Below, one piece after another: positions 44,566 through 61,261 of a stretch of DNA of 64,000 nucleotides (positions are counted from its first letter, which is position 1; every line of letters starts with the position of its first letter). The translations under genes and the position numbers were made by a program. The DNA is from Amoebidium appalachense (taxonomy: Eukaryota; Protista; Ichthyosporea). The notes beneath the pieces were generated by a model that was not told the origin of the DNA, made no database searches, and worked only from the letters and a program-made list of their open reading frames with translations. The DNA lies in contig CAVNZM010000002.1 in assembly GCA_963693365.1 (NCBI GenBank), forward strand, positions 2,868,259 through 2,932,258, read 5' to 3'.

Positions 44566-45542
44566 TCTTTTTCTCATCCTCTTCTCGCTGGGGTAAAAGC
44601 CAGCACGCCTTTACTGGCGTCATCACAACCATCGGCAGTGGTTAGGTTGTGATCTCAAGGCTAGCAAGATCGCTAGTCTCTGCACCAGGACAAAATGTAA
44701 CCTGTTGTTTTGTACGGGTCTAAGGGAGCAGAGTGCACAGAGGTGTCATGTAAAACACGACTTAACACATTAATGAGAGGGCAATCGGAGTTGTTCACGA
44801 GACATTGAAAGATTTCAAACAACAACTGAATCTTTATTGTGCTCTCGGTTCCTTTTGTACTTGCGACTTATCACCTTATCACAACTAAAGAGGGAGAACC
44901 AATCGGTTCTATCAGAAGATAGAAAAACACATTCCGACAGAGCATACGCATTCCAACTTCCGATTAAACTAAAGTGTAGGAACTCTTACTTAAATAAATT
45001 AAGTAATTATACATCTATTCACTATTAACTCACATATATATTTATGTTCGTCTCTGTAAAGAAACTTATTTAAATACATATATTTCCTAACAGTCGACAC
45101 TCTCAAAGTGAAGACACTTTGCAATAAACCGAATTCCATATATATCTATTGTCCAATCACAACACACATATATTAACAGACAGGAATGCACAACACAATC
45201 TACAGATGTACTCGCTCGCGACTATTGGCGAGCCATCCTTTTGAGAACAAAACTAGGCCATTTTGAAATAAAGGAAAGACAACGAGTGAGGCTAGCCAAT
45301 CACGCTACCTCTCAGATAAACAGAGGAGAGCAAACAGAAATAAAAACACAATAAGTTCTTATCAGGCAAGAGAGCCAGGTGTGCACAGATCTATCGATAT
45401 CTGTGCCCACAGAAACAAGGGAGAGAGAGATAGGGGGGGGGGGGGGGGGGGGGAGAGGGGGGGGGGGGGGGGGGGGGGGGGGAAGGGGGGGGGGGGGGGG
45501 GGGGGGGGAGAGAGAGAGAGAGAGAGAGAGAGTGTGTGTGTG

Positions 45543-49235
<3,693 letters not shown>

Positions 49236-50045
49236 ACAAAGGAGGAAAGCAGACACGAATACAAACAAACTAGGACACATACATACTTCAAGGCTCTTGC
49301 TGTCATACATGGTGACGTATTCCAACATCCCCACTCAAGGGGTTGAAGTTTGTGTTCTCGTGTCTGTTGATGTGACGGTAGATGAGGTCCAAACACAGGA
49401 GGGGCCGTCACACTCAAGTTTCCCCACTCGAGGATGCAAACCGAAGATCCTTGAGGTGGGAAGGAGAGTATCAAAACTGAAGAGGCACACAACGACGGTT
49501 GCCTCTGAAGACTCGAAATAAGAAATCATGGTGGTTATCGGTGATATATATATATATATAGGAAACACTAGTGTATGTGTGACGTGTTGGTGGCTAATGG
49601 TTTATACTGGGGACCACCCAGGTAAACACAAGGCATGAACATCTTGTGGACTGATTTATAGACTGGTGGTCAACCAGTTAAGACACGGGGAAGGTGCATC
49701 CCGTGGACTAGGTTTAGACTGGCAGTCAACCAGCACGCCATGGCTATAGATAATTATTTATACTGGGACGCCATCCCAGTTCGACATATATATAAGTCGA
49801 ATATAGAAGAAAACCAATATATATGGTGGGATATGAATATAAATAAACGACGGATGGTGGAGAATAATCCCCACTGAAGATGCACACATATGACGATGGA
49901 AGACTGAGTCCCCACTGATGAAGAGAAACGATGAGGAGTAGTAGACTTTCGTTGGGAGGCATCTTGATCACCGTAGGTGTGTCAACTGCTGTCCAGGGCC
50001 CCAACCTACTCAGAAACCACTCGATGATGAACACCAGTGCACGGG

Positions 50046-53000
50046 TCAGTCACGGAGACTGAGGTTGGCACGGTGTGTGTCGTGGGCCGGACCAGCCAGA
50101 GGCTTGGTGAAGATGTCGGCCAGGTTCTTCTTGGTGTCGATGTAGGTGACAGTGACGTCCCCACTGTTGATGTAGTCCTTGGTGTTGAAGTAACGAACGG
50201 CAATGTGCTTGGTCCGGTGCTTGATGGTGTTGGAGTGGACCAGAGCAATGGTGGACTGATTGTCACAGTACACGGGGGTGGGCTCGTTCATGGGGTAGCC
50301 CAGCTCCTTGAGTAGATCACTGTGCCAGACAACATCTTGGACGGCAGCATTGAGGGCCAGGAGCTCGGCCTCACAGGTGGAAGTTGCAGTGATCGTCTGC
50401 AGCTTGGAGTGGTAGGTGACGGGGGAGCCTTCGAGGAGGATGACGTACCCAGACGTGGAACGACGGGTGGTGGGGCAACCAGCAAAGTCAGAATCCGAGT
50501 AGCACTCAAGGATGGGCACCTTGCTGTTGGGGGCCTTCTTCTTGTAGTAGAGGCCGAGGTTGATGGTGCCGAGCAGGTAACGAACGACACGGAGGAGAAG
50601 CTCCCAGGCAGTCTTGGTGGGCTTGGAGCTGAATCGGCCGAGGTAGCCAATGGCATACGAGATGTCAGGCCGGGAGCACCGAGCAACCCACAGCAGACGG
50701 CCGAGGAGTTCACGGTAGGGGACGGTGGTGGGCAGGGATGAAAGGGAGGTCTCGTTGATGATGGTGCCCACGGGAATAGGGGTTGCCTTAGGCTTGGCAT
50801 CGACCAGGTTGAAGTCGGTGATGATGTCCTTGATGTAGGAAGACTGTAGCAGCTTGAGGGAGTCACGGGTGTACAGCAGTTGGGTGCCGAGGAAGATGTC
50901 TGGCAGACCGACCTTGCACTCGGCAGACTTCGTGATGTGACGAACAAGCCCCTGCATGATGGTGGAGTTCCGTGTGCAGGTGATGATGGCATCATCAACG
51001 TAGTTGCCCGAACGGATGATGTGCCCGTTGGGGAACTGACGGAAGTAGACACACGGATCGGAGCGGAGACGGGTGAGGCCGTGGGCAATGAGAATGGAGT
51101 TGAAGAACTCGTACCATGCCAGGGATGCCTGCTTGAGTCCGTAGAGGGCCTTCTTGAGTTTCCAGACTTTGTGTTCATTGCCAGGGAGAATAAAACCAGG
51201 AGGTTGCTCCATGTACAAAGTCTCATCGAGGGGGCTGTTGAGGAAGGCCGTGCTGATGTCGAGTTGATGGATCTCGTGGTCCTGTTGCACACCGAGGGCA
51301 AGCAGGGCACGGACGGAGGAGGACATGACGACGGGGGAAGAGTTTTCACCGTAGTCAACACCGTAGACTTGGGTGAAACCCTTGGCCACACCACGACCCT
51401 TGATCTTGGTGTCACCAGCAGAGTTGAGGACCTTCTCCGTGACAATCCACTTGAATCGGATGATGTTGGCATCGGAGGGGGGCTCAACTACGTCGAAGAT
51501 GTCCTTGTCGATGAAAGCCTTGTACTCGGCAGTGAGGGCAGTCACCACTTCATCACCCTTGGTGCCAGAGCACAGCTTCTGAATTGACCGGGGCAGCTGA
51601 GACACATCAAGGCTGGGTCGGGAGATGCTCACCATAGCCATAGCAGGCCGGGAGGAGAGACGGGAGGAACGACGGGGGACGGTACGGAGTGGCTCAGGGG
51701 CCGGGGGGGTGTCTGGGACAGACACTCGGTGGTCGGGGATGGGGGCCTGGAAGCCAGGGATGGGTGCCGTGTTGAGGGGGGAGTCGGATAACACGGGGCT
51801 GGACGGGGCCGAGTGGAACTCCGGAGACCCAGGACGAACCGGGGTGAGATGACCAGGTACGTGGTCATTGACGGCAGGAGCCGGCAGCAGGGGTTGCTGG
51901 CCGGTGGGGGGGGGGTGGGTGGAGCCACGGGGGCAGGTACACGACGGGGGGAACGACGGATAATCACCGACGGAATTTCATCGTCATCGGAATTGGAATT
52001 TCCGGAATGCAGGGATGAATCGATTGGGGTCGTCTGATTGGTGGCCTGCACAGAAATCTGATTGGATGCCGTGGTGAATTGTGATTCGTCGAAGACGACA
52101 TCGCGGTAGAGGTTGACCGTGTTGCCACGTAGATTCATGATCTTGTGGGCTTTGTTGGTGATATCCCAGCCCACGTAGGTGCCGAGTTTGACGGTAGAGG
52201 CCAACTTGTCTCGTTTGGATGCAGGGACGTGTACATAGGCTGGGCAGCCGAACACGTGCAGGTGGGAGATGTCAGGCTTGACACCGTAGAAAATTTCAAA
52301 CGGTGTACGGCCATTGGCAGCTCTGGCCGGGGTCACGTTGATGATGTAGGCAGCATGCTTGAGAGCAGCTCCCCACAGCTTGGGGGAAAGGGAGTCGGCC
52401 TTGTCCTGATGAAGGAAGCACCGAACGATCTCCTGCAGATCCCTCATCTTACGTTCAACGAAGCCGTTGAGTTGGGGGCAGTCAACCGGGGCAAATTCCT
52501 GAATGATGCCCTTGGACTGACAGTACTGCTCCATAGCGTGGGAGGTGAACTCGGACCCAGAGTCTGAACGGAAGTGGGTCACCACCTTGTCGGGTTGCTT
52601 GTCAGTAGTCTCAACCAGGGCCTTGACGTATTCGAGAGTTTCGGATCGATCACGGAGGAGGTACACGATGGTGTAGCCGGAGGCATCACAGGTACACACG
52701 AGGGCCACCTTGTAGCCACCATAGGAGGCACAGGGAGGCTCGAAGAAGTCCATGTGCCACTTGGCACCGGGGAAGGGGCACTGGGTTCTGGTGCCGGAGA
52801 ATGGGGCCTTGGTGGTCTTGCCGGAGACACAACCGAAGCAGTCAGTGGTGTCAGCCACTGAGAGGGATGAGGGGAGGCCTGTCACGAGGTCACCTCTCAC
52901 CATCTTGGTGAGGGTGGACAGGGCACGATGGCCGAGACGGTGGTGCCAGAGCTGAGGATCATTGTTGACCTTGACGTTGGCTACCAGAGCAGTGACGGTC

Positions 53001-53137
53001 CGAGGGATGGAGGGACGTATCTCATAGTCAGTGATGAAGTACAGTCCATCTGTGCCTGTGAGTGAACACACGATGTTGCCACCACGAGTGTAGAGGTATG
53101 ATGGGAATGCATCCTCATCATCGAGGTGGGCAAGGAG
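50046..53137 (-). CDS. Copia-B pol, 3' part: integrase (HHCC, DDE), RT, RNase H; one frame break at the G10 run 51906-51915
   Basis: WHHRLGH..CFGC, WHMDFF, RSDSGSEF, NGFVERK; LKKALYGLKQA, NYVDD, YSDSDFAG, RTKHIAVRY. Confidence 0.9.
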
Positions 53138-54072
53138 TGTTATAATACGTAGTATTTACATATTGTAAGATCTTCTCAGTTCGTGTTATGTTTTCATTCA
53201 TTTACTTAATGAAAAAGATGTGCTCCTTGTACGTAAATTATGACATCGATCTCCAGTGTATTTGAGTACTTGTAATCGTGTTGTGTCGGCTATATTCGTG
53301 TGTTTAGATATCGATTACAGCAACTGATTATAGGTACACGAGTCTACCCAGTGAGGGAGACACGTGTACATGTTATGTGTACATGAATATCTTCGGTTAT
53401 AACTGTGTTTTGCTGTTCGTGTTTTCTGTCCTGCTTTCTTTTCTTTTTCCTCTTTCTTCGTCTTTTCTTTTCTCTTTCTTTCTTCTCTTGTTTCCTTTCA
53501 TTTAATTATATTTCTCTCTCACTAATATACGTTGAGTAGATTTATATTACTCGTTATGTTTTGATTGGTAGAAAAACACTTAGGTTACACTTTAGCTTGT
53601 CAGGTATGATTCATAGCTTAGTCAACCACTTTTGTTTTGTGTGTTGCCGTACTATATCCAATCAGTGGACTTAGTCAGAAAATGTCTGAGTCTTTGTAGC
53701 CGATGATAGGTTAGAAACACCACCTCTTTCCTCGTTACTCTTCACCTCTTTTCTTTCTTATAGCTGTGACCTATGGTGTGTGTTCCCGCGTCTCCGGATC
53801 TATCCGGGAAATAATCAGTTAATTATGATTGGTTATTTTAGACATAGATCTGATTTCCGACTGGTCGGAAATCATGTATGGATTTAACTTAAGGGAATTT
53901 CAGGTATTTATTAGCGATCAAAATAAATTGAGTTCAGTCGTGTCTAAACATTGATGTCTGTTGTGTACACTGCTCCGATCGTTCCGTGTTTTGTTGTTGT
54001 GTGTGTCTGTGGTGTTTTCACACTGCACCACTGTGTCTCTGCTTACATCCTAAATACTTATAGAATTTAACA

Positions 54073-54086
54073 GGTTATGGGCCCAG
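54073..54086 (+). promoter_or_regulatory. Copia-type primer-binding site complementary to the anticodon region of initiator tRNA-Met (half-tRNA priming)
   Basis: GGTTATGGGCCCAG directly after the 5' LTR, as known for Drosophila copia/Ty5-type elements. Confidence 0.85.
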
Positions 54087-54163
54087 CACGCTTCCATAAC
54101 AGGTTATGCAGCCCTTTTGCACGCTCCCTACACACATCTAGAACTCGCGCTCGTTTTTCAATC

Positions 54164-57100
54164 ATGGATCCAAACAAAACTGGCGTAAACAAAATCACCA
54201 TGTGGAAAGGTGAAGGGAAGACTGGTCCCGATAGCAAAACTACCTATTTTCAATGGGAAATCATTTTTCTCGGCATGATGACCGGCACTAAAGGTGTCCG
54301 ACTCGTGGATGTTGTCCTTGCTGACAACTACGTCCCCCCTACCACCGTCGCGGTTGACGGTGAACCCCCCTTCTATGGCTACGGCACTACCGCGGAACTC
54401 AAAGAGGCCCGCAATTGCCTCCTGCTCCATATGATACAGAACATCGACCCTTCCGTCCTCACCACCGTTGCCCAGTACCGTATTGGCATGGACCCTGAAC
54501 GGGCCATGTGGAAATTCCGTCAACACTATCTCCAAGGCAAACCCGATCAGATCCGCATCCTTCACCGTCAGTGGGATGCCTGTGCCCTTCAGCCCGGTGA
54601 ATCATTCACCACCTACCTGAGCCGTCTGCAGACCATCGTGAACCAGCTCCAGTCTCTCCAAGATGAGTCCATTCACTTCACTCGTCTAGCTGAGAAGTTC
54701 TTCAATGAACTCACCACCAGAGACGACCTCACCCCTGAGTTCAATCGTCTTATCGAAGACTATCACTTCGGTGATAAGCTATTCCCCGACTTCGAGTCCC
54801 TCCATAACCACGTCAAGGGCATCGAGTTACGTCAAGACCTCAAGATGCAACTCCGGAACAACCGTGCCCACCGTGCCTCCAAGTCCAGCATGGCATTAAA
54901 TGCCAGTGCTCCCCCCCGTGATCTTCCTCGCCGTGACTTACGCACCCGACTTGACCGTACCTCTGGCACGGACCTCCGAACTCGTCTCTCCCGTCAGCAC
55001 ACCCGATCCCGTTCCCCCCACCGGCCTGCCTTCCGGTCCACGTCTCGTTCCCCCAGTCGTTCCCGTTTCTCGGGTTCCCGTCGTTCTGATTCCCCGGCTC
55101 GTTCTAACACCCCGTCCGTGAAAGAATGCTCCTACTGCCACGAGCCTGATCACACGATCATCGATTGCCCTGAGCCGAAATGCCGTATGTCCAGACACAA
55201 CCGTTTCCGTCAAGGCAGTGAGAAATCTGTCTCCTTTGCTTTCTCGGCATACAATGCTAGCTCCGTCCCCGTGTCCTCCGACCCTGCCTGGGATTCCGGG
55301 TGCAACATGACTGTTTGCCCCACCCGTGAGTTCTTCCATGACCTCACTCCCCTTCCGACACCGACTCCCGTTGCTGCCTTCAATGGCACCCCCGTCTTGG
55401 CCACTCACACCGGCCATATCGTCATCAACACCACCACCGACCATGGCACTACCACCCTAACCATTGAAGCCTACTACACCCCGTCTGGCCAAGCCTTCCT
55501 CATTTCAACATCCCAAGCTGCTGCCGAATACATCAAGGGTGATTTGAACGATGCCTCCACTCCGTCATTCCTCTTCGACCGACTCACCGGCCGTCATCTC
55601 GTCAACCTCCGTCTACACAACGGTCTGTATTACTTCAAGGACTACACCATTCAACCACCCACTCGTCCTGTGGCTCTGGCTGCCACTACCAGTGTTAACC
55701 CATCCATCTGGCACCATCGCCTGGGGCACCGAGCTATGACCAGCATCAAGGACATGGTGAAACACGACCTTGTTATTGGTCTCCCCTCCTCTGTCCTCGA
55801 CTGTGATGTTCCTGATTGTCATGGCTGCATTATGGGTAAGACCACCAAGGCTCCGTTCAGGGGTGACCGTCCTCACTCCAACATCCCCGGTCATGAATGG
55901 CATTGGGATTTTTTTGAGCCTACCACAACATCGTACGGAGGTTCCAAGGTTGCTCTCGTCACTGTCTGCCGTGCCTCTGGCCTCGTCAAGATCTACCCGA
56001 TGGCCGACCGTACCACCACCCTGGATATTCTCACAGCTCACACCAACCTCGTTGCCACCCATGCCCCCTCCAAAGTTGGTGTTTACCACTTCGACTCCGG
56101 CTCTGAGTTCACCTCCAAGGATACCCGTGCTTTTTGCCTCTCCCAGGGCATCAAGGCCAGCTATGCTCCGGTGGACTGCCCTCAACTGAACGGCTATGTT
56201 GAACGACGTATGCGGTTCCTCCAAGAGATTGTCCGTTGCCTCCTCCATCAAGTCCAAGATCAGTCTCTGTCTCCCAAACTGTGGGCTGAGGCCCTCCAAC
56301 ATGCCGCCTACATCATCAACGTCACCCCGTCCACGACTGCCAATGGTCGTACACCATTCGAGGTTTTCTACGGTGTCAAGCCCGACATCTCCGAGCTCAA
56401 AGTGTTCGGTTGCCCTGCCTACACTCACGTGCCAGCCTCTAAACGGAACAAGCTGGCCCCCACCGTCAAACTCGGCATGTATATCGGCTATGATCTTCAA
56501 TCACACTGCCACCGGATCTTCAATGCCACCACCCATCGTGTCGGCCTCTTCCGTGATGTGATTTTCGACGAATCAGCTTATCTCCCGTCCGACATTCCAT
56601 CAACCCTTCCGACCCCCGACACCACTGCTACCTCGACCACCCCACCCCCCACAGTTGACACTGAAGATGATGTTTGTCTGGTGTACTCTGGCCCCCCTCC
56701 TGCCATCGTCGTTCCCCCGACACCCCCCCCCCACCGGCCTCCCTGCCCCCGTGCCCGTCCAGCCTGCCGACCCTCATCCTGCCCCTGGCAACGTCACACC
56801 CATCCGACCCGGCTCCCCCGACAACTTCCACTCGGCCCCGTCCAGCCCGGAGGTTGCCCCCCCTGCACTTCCGAACTTCCAAGTTCCCCCCCCACCGTCT
56901 CCACCTACCCCGGTTCCTGCACCCCGTCGTTCTGCCCGTCTCCAGGGCAAGGTTGGACTTCAAGCCACCACCACCCTGCCAGTCCCCCCCGGTCCCCCCA
57001 TCAACATCGACCAACTACCCAAACTTGTCCGTCAACTCTGTTCCGGACCCAATGGTGATCAGGTCAAGTCAGCCCTGACTGCTGAGTATCAAGCCTTCGT

Positions 57101-58571
57101 CGACAAAGACATCTTTGAACTTGTTGACCCTCCCCCTGGTGCTAACATCGTCGGCTTCAAGTGGATTGTCTCCGAGAAAACTCTCAACTCGGCTGGTGAC
57201 ACCAAGATCAAGGCACGTGGTGTTGCTCAAGGCTTCAGTCAGCAATACGGTGTTGACTATGAGTTGATTGAGAGCCCTGTCATCCGTCCGGCTGCTCTCC
57301 GTGCCATCCTAGCTCTGGCCGTTGTTGAAGGTCATGACATACATCAACTCGACGTGTCTACGGCCTTTCTCAACAGCCCACTCACCGAGACCATCTACAT
57401 GAAACAACCCCCGGGATTCATCACCATGGCCACACTTGGCAAGGTCTGGAGACTCAAGAAAGCCCTGTACGGCCTCAAGCAAGCCTCCAAGGCTTGGTAC
57501 GACTTCCTCGACGGCATTCTTCTTGCCCATGGCCTGACCCGTACTAAGACCGACCCGTGCATCTACCTCCGGTTCTTCCCCAACAACGATGTGGTACGGG
57601 CTGGTAACTACGTCGATGACTCCACCATCACCAACACCCGGGGTTCTACTGCTGCCAGTGACCTGGCTGCCCACATCAGCAAGATGGCCAGCTGTCGTAT
57701 GAGTCCATTTGACCGTATGCTCGGTGTTGATTTTAATCACTCTGATCCCCATCACCTCCACATGCACCAGAGGTCTTACATCATGGATATCATCCACGAC
57801 TTCAACCTCACCGATGCCAAGTCCAAGTCTACCCCCATCCCTGCAGGCACCACCGTCTCCCTGGCTGATTGCCCCCCCCAACCGTTCACCGTGCCCTACC
57901 GTGAGTTACTCGGCCGTCTCCTCTGGGTGGCACGGTGCACACGTCCCGACATTGCCTATGCCATCGGCTTCCTTGGTCGGTTCAGCACCAACCCCGGCAA
58001 GACTCACTGGGACCTTCTCCGTCGTGTGGCCCGGTACCTGCTCGGCACCATTGACCTTGGCATTGACTACAAGTACTCGGCCACCCAGTCCCCCATACTC
58101 GAATGCTACACGGATGCTGACTTTGCTGGTTGTGCCGACAGCAAGAAGTCTACCACCGGCTACATTATCGTGTTTGCTGGTATGCCCGTCATCTGGTACT
58201 CCAAGCTCCAGCCCATCACGGCCACCAGCACCACTGAAGCTGAGCTGATTGCTCTCAATGCTGGCACCCAAGAAGTTGCTTGGGTCCGTGACCTCTTCAA
58301 GGAACTCGGCTGTCCCATGCTTGCTCCGACTCCGGTGTACTGTGACAACCAGTCGACCATTGCCATCGTCAACTCCACCGGCATCAAGCACCGTACCAAA
58401 CACATTGCCGTCCGGTATCACAACACCAAGGACTACATTGCCAGTGGGGACGTGGTTGTCCACTACGTTGAGTCAGCCCACAACTTAGCTGACATACTCA
58501 CCAAACCCCTCCCCGGCCCGAGTCATGTCCACCATCGTGCTCGACTTTGTTTACCGGATATTGTGGATTGA
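54164..58571 (+). CDS. Copia-A gag-pol polyprotein; single frame break at the C10 run 56723-56732
   Basis: Zn knuckle CSYCHEPDHTIIDC, protease WDSGC, WHHRLGH..CHGC, integrase D-D-E, RT NYVDD, RNase H YTDADFAG. Confidence 0.93.
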
Positions 58572-59932
58572 CCCGACCTACTTCAAGAGTGATTTTCTCA
58601 TGTGTACTACTTACTTTATCAACATCATTATATCATATGTATTGCCTTTGTGGGTATGCCCACTTAGGGTTTATATATAAGGTTTGACCTGTACCATCAC
58701 TCTACTCTATCTTTCACTGGTTTAAAACCCAGTTAATCAAACACCGCCTATACACGTTATATATATTCGTTGTTTTTGCCCCGGTTCCTTCCCCCCCCCT
58801 CCCCCCCCCCCCCCCCTTCCCCCCCCCCTTCCCCCCCCCCTTCCCCCCCCCCCCTCCCCCCCCTTCTCCCCCCCCCCCCCCGGGAAAAGTACACACTTTA
58901 ATTTTTTTTTTTCCGTTTCTGTTCTCAAGTGGGGAGATTTCACTAGTTCAGTGGGGATATGATAACACAAACTTCAAAGTCTTAAGTGGGGATGTTATAA
59001 TACGTAGTATTTACATATTGTAAGATCTTCTCAGTTCGTGTTATGTTTTCATTCATTTACTTAATGAAAAAGATGTGCTCCTTGTACGTAAATTATGACA
59101 TCGATCTCCAGTGTATTTGAGTACTTGTAATCGTGTTGTGTCGGCTATATTCGTGTGTTTAGATATCGATTACAGCAACTGATTATAGGTACACGAGTCT
59201 ACCCAGTGAGGGAGACACGTGTACATGTTATGTGTACATGAATATCTTCGGTTATAACTGTGTTTTGCTGTTCGTGTTTTCTGTCCTGCTTTCTTTTCTT
59301 TTTCCTCTTTCTTCGTCTTTTCTTTTCTCTTTCTTTCTTCTCTTGTTTCCTTTCATTTAATTATATTTCTCTCTCACTAATATACGTTGAGTAGATTTAT
59401 ATTACTCGTTATGTTTTGATTGGTAGAAAAACACTTAGGTTACACTTTAGCTTGTCAGGTATGATTCATAGCTTAGTCAACCACTTTTGTTTTGTGTGTT
59501 GCCGTACTATATCCAATCAGTGGACTTAGTCAGAAAATGTCTGAGTCTTTGTAGCCGATGATAGGTTAGAAACACCACCTCTTTCCTCGTTACTCTTCAC
59601 CTCTTTTCTTTCTTATAGCTGTGACCTATGGTGTGTGTTCCCGCGTCTCCGGATCTATCCGGGAAATAATCAGTTAATTATGATTGGTTATTTTAGACAT
59701 AGATCTGATTTCCGACTGGTCGGAAATCATGTATGGATTTAACTTAAGGGAATTTCAGGTATTTATTAGCGATCAAAATAAATTGAGTTCAGTCGTGTCT
59801 AAACATTGATGTCTGTTGTGTACACTGCTCCGATCGTTCCGTGTTTTGTTGTTGTGTGTGTCTGTGGTGTTTTCACACTGCACCACTGTGTCTCTGCTTA
59901 CATCCTAAATACTTATAGAATTTAACAAGGAG

Positions 59933-61261
59933 ACCCGACTTGGAGGCCATTGAGGGCGATATCAGGAAGGCTGGGGAGTCGGGTACATAGAGGGTGTTGA
60001 GGCTCAGTACGGATGTTACTCCGTTGTAGGTGACGGCCAGGTTGATGACACCACGGTGATGTGCAGTGACGATGCCGAGGCCGTGGACGTCAGTCGGGGG
60101 GCAGGGCTCAAGAGTAGAGAAGTACTCCTTTACTGGGCACACGTGGACGTTTGAAGCCGAGTCCCAGCAGGGGTCCATGGGTAGGGAGGCCGTGGTGGAC
60201 ACGAGGGCAAAATGCACCTCTTTTCCAGACTTGGTGTTGGCACGGTGACGACGGGCAATTGAGCAGCCAGGTTTGTCACACTGTGTGACATGATGGTCTT
60301 CGTGACAGTAGGCACAGTCGAGGGAGCCAGTGGTCTTGGCTCGGGATGGCTGGGAATGACGGTTACCCCCTTTACGTGGGGGGTAGGGTGACCGGGAACG
60401 ATAGCCGGGGGAACGGGACCGTGAGTAATCACGGTCAACTGAGGGGGATCGATCGGTGGGACGACCGCGGGGGTGACGGGAGACGGAGCTGTCACGTCGG
60501 GGGATCCGGTGTCTGAGGTCGTCCTTGGTGAGTACACGGCTTTGCAGGGCACGTGCTGTTCGGACGGTGGAGGAGGACCCGGACCCAGAGTCGATGAGAC
60601 CTTCACGGATCTCTGCAGCTCTGATGTCACTGATTAGACGGTTGTAGGTCTCGTAGTTAATGATACGACGGAAGTAGTCGGCAATCATGGCCTGGATGTC
60701 GGTACAAACTAACTTACGGTTCTTCTTGAGGTGGATGAAGAAGTTATCAACCATAGTCTTATGAGGAATGGGCTCTTCGAGGATGTGCAGGGTAGTGCAC
60801 AGACGGCGTGCCATGGTGAGGTAGGCCGTGACGGTCTTGAAGTCTTTGAGTTCAAGCTCATGGTAGTCGAGGAGGATTTGACGAGCACGATCTTCACGTT
60901 CAGCCGCATAGGTCATACGGAGGTTGTGGAAAGCTTGGGCAGGTGACACATCATCGTGGATTTGACCAGAGTTATACATCTCATCATTGGAGACGAGTTG
61001 AGTAAACATCTGTTCAAGGAGGTTGGAAGCCTCGGTGTAGGCCTCCTCAGTGTCGTAGCCGTGCCACTCATTCTCGTCGGAAGGGTCGACCCACTCGGGG
61101 GCCTTGATGACGGGCACTAACTTGGCCGCGGTGGTGGTACGTAGGTACCGGAAGATGACGGGTTCCCACTCATAATAGGTGAGACGTTTGCCGGACTTCT
61201 TGTCCGTGGTGTCATCCCCTTTCCAGGGGGTGAGGTTGAGATACGCAGGTTTCGCCGACAT
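59933..61261 (-). CDS. Copia-B gag-protease (5' part, cut by the Copia-A insertion)
   Basis: RS-rich segment, knuckle CAYCHEDHHVTQC and protease WDSAS; sequence continues at 53137 across the AGGAG TSD. Confidence 0.88.

Larger units (their letters stand above)
44043..44696 (+). mobile_element. TRIM (miniature LTR retroelement): LTR1 44043-44331, internal 44332-44412 (PBS + PPT), LTR2 44413-44696; each LTR contains a tRNA-like gene
   Basis: Near-identical ~289-bp direct repeats starting TGTTGGA; TGGTAGCA PBS (fits an initiator-Met tRNA 3' end) directly after LTR1; PPT GAGTGGGGA directly before LTR2; no coding capacity. Confidence 0.85.
53138..59927 (+). mobile_element. Full-length young Ty1/Copia retrotransposon A; LTRs 53138-54072 and 58993-59927
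   Basis: 935-bp LTRs that look identical by eye (TGTTA..TAACA); TSD AGGAG (53133-53137, 59928-59932); PBS GGTTATGGGCCCAG; PPT AAGTGGGGA. Confidence 0.96.

Noticed and set aside
59873-59932. C-terminal tail of the 465-aa gag ORF
   Set aside because: Read-through into the inserted Copia-A LTR; the real sequence continues at 53137.
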